From Candidatus Velesiimonas alkalicola (lineage in GTDB: Bacteria > Omnitrophota > Gorgyraeia > Velesiimonadales > Velesiimonadaceae), in assembly GCA_013626165.1 (NCBI GenBank), contig NDHX01000003.1, positions 115 to 64,114 on the forward strand: a stretch of DNA of 64,000 nt. Direction: 5' to 3'. The notes beneath the pieces are model-generated. The model had not been told where the DNA came from. It made no database searches and worked only from the letters and a program-made list of their open reading frames with translations. Both the position numbers and the translations under genes were made by a program. Positions 58,230 to 64,000 of the stretch are shown here, in pieces (within the stretch, counting starts at the first letter, position 1; the number at the start of each line of letters is the position of its first letter).

Positions 58230-59522
58230 CTATTTCTCTACAACAACCTGCTGTAAAAGTTTTTCAAAACCTGGAAATGATTTTCTAATGCAGGCTGTAT
58301 CTTCAACAACAACAGGACCATCTGCTCTTAAGGCTCCTACCATCATTGACATAGCAGTTCTGTGGTCACCAAAACTTTTGACTTTGCAACTCCTGCCTGT
58401 TTTTATTCCCTGTATATATATATCATTGCCTTTTATATCCATCTTAATCCCGAGATGTTCTAGTCCTTCTTGCATGGAATAAATTCTGTCCGCTTCTTTT
58501 ACTCTCAATTCAGATGCACCCTTTATAACAGATATACCATCAGCAAAACCTGCACAGACCATAAGTATAGGAAGTTCATCTATAACAGAAGGAACTTCAT
58601 CGGGATTTATAATAAAAGGCTTTATGTTTTTTACGCCCTTACAGATAATATCACCCTTAGGTTCATAACCCTGTTCCTTAATCTCTTCTTCTATATCAAC
58701 CCCCATTCTTTTTAGTATGTCTATTACACCAGTCCTTGTTGGATTCAATCCCACATTGCTTATATAAATTTCACTTCCTTCTAAAATAGCCCCTGCACAT
58801 AAAAAAAACGCTGCGCTTGATATGTCCCCCGGAACATTAATTTCTCGGGCAATAAGTCTATCTATCGGTTTTATTGAAATGCTTAAATCTTCAACATGGA
58901 CATCGGCCCCAAAATAGGAAAGCATCCTTTCAGTGTGGTCTCTTGACTTCAAAGGTTCTATTACAGTTGTTGTCCTGTCTGCATAAAGTCCTGCAAGAAG
59001 TATAGCAGATTTCACTTGGGCACTTGCAACACTTGTTCTGTATGTTATTGAACGAAGCCTTTTTCCTTTTATTATTATCGGGGCAAAATTTCCACCGCCA
59101 GAGCCGGCAATATCAGCACCCATAAGCCTTAAAGGCTCTACAACCCTTCCCATAGGCCTTGATGAAAGGGACCTGTCACCTGTAAGTGTAGACTCAAAAT
59201 CCTGTGGCGCAAGAATACCCATTATAATCCTGATAGATGTTCCGGAATTCCCAAAATATAATTCCTTTGAAGGTTTTTTAAGTCCGTACATTTCCACACC
59301 CTGCACAATAATATCAGAGCCCCGTTTTTCAAATCTTACACCCATCTGTTCAAAACATTTTATTGCAAAAATACAATCATCGCCTTCAAGAAAGCCCTTA
59401 ATACAGGTTTTCCCTTGTGAGATACTTCCTGTTATTATTGCCCTCTGGGATATTGATTTATCACCCGGAATTTCAATGCTTCCTTTAATCATTTTTGCGG
59501 GATTTACAAGTATATTTTCCAA
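58230..59522 (-). CDS. aroA: 3-phosphoshikimate 1-carboxyvinyltransferase
   Basis: 430 aa. IPGDKSISQRAI. Confidence 0.9.
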   Translation of the reverse strand: MENILVNPAKMIKGSIEIPGDKSISQRAIITGSISQGKTCIKGFLEGDDCIFAIKCFEQMGVRFEKRGSDIIVQGVEMYGLKKPSKELYFGNSGTSIRIIMGILAPQDFESTLTGDRSLSSRPMGRVVEPLRLMGADIAGSGGGNFAPIIIKGKRLRSITYRTSVASAQVKSAILLAGLYADRTTTVIEPLKSRDHTERMLSYFGADVHVEDLSISIKPIDRLIAREINVPGDISSAAFFLCAGAILEGSEIYISNVGLNPTRTGVIDILKRMGVDIEEEIKEQGYEPKGDIICKGVKNIKPFIINPDEVPSVIDELPILMVCAGFADGISVIKGASELRVKEADRIYSMQEGLEHLGIKMDIKGNDIYIQGIKTGRSCKVKSFGDHRTAMSMMVGALRADGPVVVEDTACIRKSFPGFEKLLQQVVVEK

Positions 59523-59533
59523 TCCGAGCCTCC

Positions 59534-60532
59534 TTATATCCCTGCATAGATAAGTAAAAGTGGTGTGGTTATCAGCATAAAAAGTGTTGTTACCAGCATA
59601 CTTGCGCCAATGAATTCTTTATCTCCTCCATAGTGTTCAACAAAAATCGCACCTGCAATTGCAACAGGCATAACAGAAACTATTGATGCAACTGTATAGC
59701 CTGTTGTTTGAAGAATATTTCTATATACAAAAAATTTAAGGACCGTCAGCAATATAAATGGTATTATAATAAGCCTCATCAATGTTATAAATATTATCCA
59801 TTTGTCATTAAATACATACTTTGGTTTTAATCTACCTATGTTTATTCCTGCTATAATCATTGCAAGTGGTATGGCGCAGGCTCCTGTATTTTTTATACTT
59901 TCTATGGCTATCTTTGTAAAACGGTAATTCCAGAAATGCAACTCTCTTGTAAAATGAGCAATAATAATTGATAGAAAAAGCACAATAAGTGTCGGGCTTA
60001 AAAGATGTTTCAGACTATGTTTATCCATCCTGGCGCCTGTAATGCTTATGGTTCCTAATGTCCACAAGGCAGTCTCTGAGCCGATTGTCATAAGCGCAAG
60101 TAGAACCACTCCTTCCTGTCCGCAAGTAGACATAACAATAGGAAGCGGAAAGAAAAAGTAATTATTTATAGAACAATTAAAAAGAAATGCCCTTTGTTTA
60201 TTTATATTTGTGTTGAAGAAAACTAAAAATATTTTCCCGATTATATATCCGACAAGAGGCATCAGAAAGCCGAGCACAGGAAGCATCCAGTTTTTTGAAA
60301 TCAAATCAACACTGTACCTTTCAAGCATCACTGTAAAGATAAGACAAGGAAAAGCAATCCGCATCAAAAGTGTGGTTAGTGTTAAGACACCACTCTCCCT
60401 GCATAACAGATAGGTTTCCTTTTTAGAAGAAGCCTGGATATATCTTGAAAATATAACCCCGAATCCCATCAGAATAAAAATATATATTATCTGATAAATA
60501 ACATCAGTTGTGGTGCCTGAAAATATATTCAT
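59534..60532 (-). CDS. AEC (auxin efflux carrier) family membrane transporter
   Basis: 332 aa polytopic membrane protein. Family-level only. Confidence 0.6.
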   Translation of the reverse strand: MNIFSGTTTDVIYQIIYIFILMGFGVIFSRYIQASSKKETYLLCRESGVLTLTTLLMRIAFPCLIFTVMLERYSVDLISKNWMLPVLGFLMPLVGYIIGKIFLVFFNTNINKQRAFLFNCSINNYFFFPLPIVMSTCGQEGVVLLALMTIGSETALWTLGTISITGARMDKHSLKHLLSPTLIVLFLSIIIAHFTRELHFWNYRFTKIAIESIKNTGACAIPLAMIIAGINIGRLKPKYVFNDKWIIFITLMRLIIIPFILLTVLKFFVYRNILQTTGYTVASIVSVMPVAIAGAIFVEHYGGDKEFIGASMLVTTLFMLITTPLLLIYAGI

Positions 60533-61806
60533 AAAAGTTTCTTTATCATATCTGCTATTTTATCGGAAGAACCCTTATTCTTTAATATAAGCTCTTTTCC
60601 CTTTTCTCCTATTTGTTCCGCATACTGTTTGTCTTTCAGCAGTTTTTCTATCACTGTTTTTAATTCGGTTTTATTATTTATTTGTATCGCGGCACCTGAA
60701 TTCAACATTATTGATACGGATTCTTTAAAATTAAATGTGTACTTCCCGAACAATACAGGTATCCCAAAAGATGCAGGCTCAAGTATATTGTGTCCTCCCT
60801 TTGGTACAAAACTTCCCCCTACAATTGCAATATCAGCCGCACCGTACAGAAATCTTAATTCGCCCATCGTATCAAGCAAGATGATACTATGCTTTAAGTC
60901 AGTTTGTTTTTTAAAATTACTCAACCTTAACGGATTATATCCATATCTTGTGATAATATCCTCAACCTCTTTAAGTCTTTCAAGATGTCTTGGAGCCAGA
61001 ATAAGAAATCCCTCTTTGATGTACTTAAATGCTTTTAGTATTATTTCTTCTTCACCCCTGTGTGTGCTTCCTGCAACAATCAAAGGATGTGTCAATACAA
61101 ATAATTCTTTGTAATACCCTGTTTTGCTTGAAAAACACATCTCATCTACACTGTCAAATTTAATGTTGCCTGTTACAAAAACATCTTCTGGGTCTGCTCC
61201 TATACCAATAATTCTTCTTGCATCTTCGTCTGTCTGCATAAAAAATCCTGATACACTTTTAAAAACATTTTTTAAAACAGGTTTTATAATTCTATATTTT
61301 TTATAAGAACGGTCAGATATTCTTCCGTTGACAAAAAAAACAGGTATTTTTCTTTTTGAAAGACTGATAAGAAGATTGGGCCAGATTTCGGTTTCCATAA
61401 CAATAACAAGAGACGGATTTATGGCGTCTATTGCTCTTTTTACGCTGAAACTAAAATCAAGCGGGAAATAGATAACCTCTGAGAAATTGCCCCAGTTGTG
61501 TTGGACCACCTCCTGTGCTGTATCAGTGACAGTTGAAAACACCCATTTGTAAGAAGTAAGTCTCTCTTTTAAGGATTTAATAAATTTCTGGGCTGATATT
61601 GCCTCTCCGACACTTACAGAATGGAGCCATATCACAGGAGATTGTTTTGAATATTTAGACAAACGTGTGGGATAAAAACCAAAACGAGATAGAATGCCTT
61701 TTTTATATTTCCCCTGTGTTATTGACTTAAATATAAAAAAGGGTAGTGAAAAAATAAAAAATAAAAAATATGCCACATCTATTATAATCTGCATATTTTT
61801 TGTCAA
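60529..61806 (-). CDS. waaA: 3-deoxy-D-manno-octulosonic acid transferase
   Basis: 425 aa. VIWLHSVSVGEAISAQ. Confidence 0.85.
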   Translation of the reverse strand: MTKNMQIIIDVAYFLFFIFSLPFFIFKSITQGKYKKGILSRFGFYPTRLSKYSKQSPVIWLHSVSVGEAISAQKFIKSLKERLTSYKWVFSTVTDTAQEVVQHNWGNFSEVIYFPLDFSFSVKRAIDAINPSLVIVMETEIWPNLLISLSKRKIPVFFVNGRISDRSYKKYRIIKPVLKNVFKSVSGFFMQTDEDARRIIGIGADPEDVFVTGNIKFDSVDEMCFSSKTGYYKELFVLTHPLIVAGSTHRGEEEIILKAFKYIKEGFLILAPRHLERLKEVEDIITRYGYNPLRLSNFKKQTDLKHSIILLDTMGELRFLYGAADIAIVGGSFVPKGGHNILEPASFGIPVLFGKYTFNFKESVSIMLNSGAAIQINNKTELKTVIEKLLKDKQYAEQIGEKGKELILKNKGSSDKIADMIKKLL

Positions 61807-61839
61807 CTATTGTATACCCTCTGATTGTCTTCTTTGTCT

Positions 61840-62742
61840 TTATGCTCTCGGATGCGTTTTTTCATAAACCAATTTTAATCTCTGCGGTGTAAGGTGTGTA
61901 TATATTTGCGTTGTTGAAAGGCTCTGATGACCGAGCAATTCCTGAACAGCCCTTAAGTCCGCTCCTCTGTCAAGCATATGAGTTGCAAACGAATGTCTTA
62001 GTGTGTGTGGTGAAATATTATGCCTTGTGCCTGCAATAGTTATATATTTTTCAACAATTCTTCTTATAGAGCGGTCTAAAAGACGTCCGCCTTTATGATT
62101 TAAAAATACTGCTTTCTGGTTGATATTTTTTACTCCCAATTTATTTAAGTATCTGTCTTTTTTCTCAAGGTAGGTCTTTATATAAGAAAGTGCTCTGTCT
62201 CCAATAGGAACGAGCCTTTGTTTTTTCCCTTTTCCGAATACAACAATACTTCCTCCGATAAAATCAATATCATCTTTATCTAATCCGACAAGTTCGCTTA
62301 CCCTTATACCGGTGCTGTACAATGTTTCAAGAACCGCTCTATCACGGATTCCAGATACATCATCTTCAGGTGGGGCTTCAAGAAGTTTTATAATCTCTGC
62401 TTCATCAAGTACAATGGGAAGTCTTTTTTCTTTCCGAGGAAGGCTCACCGCAGCCGCAGGGTTGGAAGATAGATGCCCTTCCCTGCACATAAACCTGAAA
62501 AAAGACCTTAAACAGGCTATCTTTCTTCTTATACTGCTTTTATTGTACTTCTCTTTTAGTATTGAAAGAAATGCCCTGATGGTAAGATAGTCTATTTCTT
62601 TTAAGGGTTTATCCGCTATATATGTCTTAAAATTTTTCAGGTCATTTGAATAGGCCTTCAGTGTGTTCACAGATGCATTTCTTTCAACCTCAAGATATCT
62701 TAAATATCTTTCAATAAAAATTTCCATCCTACTTAAACACAC
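61840..62742 (-). CDS. Tyrosine site-specific recombinase XerC/XerD
   Basis: 300 aa. RHSFATHMLDRGADLRAVQELLGHQSLSTTQIYTH. The start is possibly the internal Met at 62727. Confidence 0.85.
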   Translation of the reverse strand: MCLSRMEIFIERYLRYLEVERNASVNTLKAYSNDLKNFKTYIADKPLKEIDYLTIRAFLSILKEKYNKSSIRRKIACLRSFFRFMCREGHLSSNPAAAVSLPRKEKRLPIVLDEAEIIKLLEAPPEDDVSGIRDRAVLETLYSTGIRVSELVGLDKDDIDFIGGSIVVFGKGKKQRLVPIGDRALSYIKTYLEKKDRYLNKLGVKNINQKAVFLNHKGGRLLDRSIRRIVEKYITIAGTRHNISPHTLRHSFATHMLDRGADLRAVQELLGHQSLSTTQIYTHLTPQRLKLVYEKTHPRA

Positions 62743-63148
62743 CTACAAACTTCATCCTTAATTCATAAAGAACATCTTCTATTGCTTTTGCCTCCTGAGG
62801 AGAAAGATTGCCCTCTGTTTTTTCTTTTATCATCCCGAGCATGTCAACCGTCTGTTTTGCTCTTTCAACATCTCTTACCCTGTTTCCAGCCTCATCAACA
62901 GGCATCTCACCCATAAACACCAGTGCCTGTGTTGCAAGACTGCTTATAAGCATACCGAAAAGATTTGCACTCTGTTCTTCAAATTCAGGCTGAGGTTTGC
63001 TCTGTCTTTGTTGTTGAGGTTCTTCAGAAGTAAAGGTTTTTGACGCTTCCTGTTTTGCCTCATCCCTGGACTTTTCCTTTTCTACACCTTCTTTCCAGGA
63101 TTCATCAACCCTTTTTTCTATAATTTTAAAATCCTTATTTTTTTCCAT
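62729..63148 (-). CDS. DUF1844 domain protein (start at the internal MEKNKDF, AAGGAGGAATT upstream)
   Basis: The ORF-track N-terminal extension translates the CACCAG tandem repeats. Confidence 0.6.
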   Translation of the reverse strand: MEKNKDFKIIEKRVDESWKEGVEKEKSRDEAKQEASKTFTSEEPQQQRQSKPQPEFEEQSANLFGMLISSLATQALVFMGEMPVDEAGNRVRDVERAKQTVDMLGMIKEKTEGNLSPQEAKAIEDVLYELRMKFVGVFK

Positions 63149-63230
63149 AATTCCTCCTTGGAGCCAGTTACCAGAGCACCAGTCACCAGAGCACCAGTGC
63201 ACCAGTCACCAGTGCACCAGTCTCCGGTCT

Positions 63231-63854
63231 TTAGTATCTGCTTTCTATTATTTCTTTTACTCTCATAAGCCTTGTAAGATTTGACCTTTCATCCTCTGAA
63301 AGTTTAATGGTAATGCCTCTGGTTGTCTCCAGAAGAGAAGGAATCAGCACATATTCTAATGCATTTACCCTTCTTCTTGTTTTTTCTATCTCTTTTGCAA
63401 GAAGTTCAACCTTTGTTTCTATTTCTGCAAGTTTTATCATACTTGACCACAAACCACAAACAAGTCCTACTGCCTTATCAAGATAAACTCCTGTATGTGC
63501 AAAACCATAGGAATAAGGGTCTATCCTGCCTGAAATCTTAAAAACAGGCACTTTTATATTTAATACATTTTGAACCGAGACATCAACAGTTATGCTCCCC
63601 TTTGGGAATGCAAGGGCACTGTGCAATTCCTCTTGTGTCATTTTGGACCTTGCCAATAAAAAGGCAAATTGTGCCTCTTTTAATTGCGCATCAAGTTCTA
63701 TCCTTAATTTTTTTGCGGCTTTTATGGTAAGGATAAACATTTTCATCAGTTCTTCTTGTTTGTCTTTGAGAAGTTTATGTCCTTTTTTTGCAAGAATAGT
63801 TCTTTTCTTTATCCTTAAAAGTTCCATTCTATTGGGATTTACAGTAAGTTTCAT
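63231..63854 (-). CDS. V-type ATPase subunit D homolog (orphan; no other V-ATPase genes nearby)
   Basis: 207 aa. NRMELLRIKKRTILAKKGHKLLKDKQEEL and an overall coiled-coil NtpD-like pattern. Confidence 0.6.
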   Translation of the reverse strand: MKLTVNPNRMELLRIKKRTILAKKGHKLLKDKQEELMKMFILTIKAAKKLRIELDAQLKEAQFAFLLARSKMTQEELHSALAFPKGSITVDVSVQNVLNIKVPVFKISGRIDPYSYGFAHTGVYLDKAVGLVCGLWSSMIKLAEIETKVELLAKEIEKTRRRVNALEYVLIPSLLETTRGITIKLSEDERSNLTRLMRVKEIIESRY

Positions 63855-64000
63855 ATTAACCCCTCAACATAGGAAAACATATTGCATCAGAAACCCTGCA
63901 CACATCCCTCATCTGTGCAACATCGTGCACCCTTACAATATGTGCCGCTTTTAAAATAGCAAGAGCAACAGTGGCGGCGGTGCCAAAAATTCTTTCATCC
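63855..64000 (-). CDS. folP: Dihydropteroate synthase, C-terminal fragment (runs off window end)
   Basis: Reverse translation of the window end: DERIFGTAATVALAILKAAHIVRVHDVAQMRDV. Confidence 0.6.

Noticed and set aside
1-64000. rRNA genes, RNase P, SRP or 6S RNA
   Set aside because: No stretches matching the universally conserved rRNA or RNase P motifs were seen. Cannot exclude small ncRNAs without covariance-model searches.

Overview
AT-rich (~33-36% GC) bacterial chromosomal segment. Almost every gene is on the minus strand. The gene content points to a Gram-negative anaerobe. The supporting genes are lipid A genes lpxI, lpxA, lpxC-fabZ and lpxD, plus skp and waaA. The window also carries anaerobic class III RNR nrdD with nrdR, a four-subunit 2-oxoacid:ferredoxin oxidoreductase, and a Wood-Ljungdahl methyl-branch cluster (fhs, fchA, folD, metF and two metV paralogs, one fused to an RnfC-like module). 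Other recognisable blocks are a dcw cluster (mraZ-rsmH-ftsL-ftsI-murE-murF-mraY-ftsW-murG), smpB-ssrA, rpmF-plsX-yceD, gltX with tRNA-Gln, and purA, ilvE, trpB, aroA and xerC/D. RNA genes are tRNA-Val(GAC), tRNA-Leu(TAA), tRNA-Gln(CTG) and tmRNA. Beyond these ordinary features there are several signals worth a second look. The first is a decaying restriction-modification-like module at the left edge. It consists of a C-protein-like HTH gene followed by a very large composite DNA methyltransferase. The methyltransferase has two tandem DUF559 (Vsr-like nuclease-fold) domains and an internal frameshift. It is invaded by several in-frame GC-rich double-hairpin elements (a repetitive extragenic palindrome (REP)-like, or in-frame Rickettsia-palindromic-element (RPE)-like, family). 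Copies of the same element occur at two distant intergenic sites. A single REP-associated tyrosine transposase (RAYT) gene of the IS200/Y1 family sits at 32441-33139. A ~2.5 kb high-GC island (hflK-hflC plus a DnaJ-domain gene) is flanked by ~85-100 bp imperfect direct repeats. The tmRNA gene is followed by a degenerate tRNA-like fragment and an orphan methyltransferase. The tRNA-Val/Leu locus contains tRNA 3'-end remnants. A miniature inverted-repeat transposable element (MITE)-like element occurs in two copies. There are recognisable NrdR boxes and MraZ boxes, and several short tandem heptamer repeat families in 5' leader regions.
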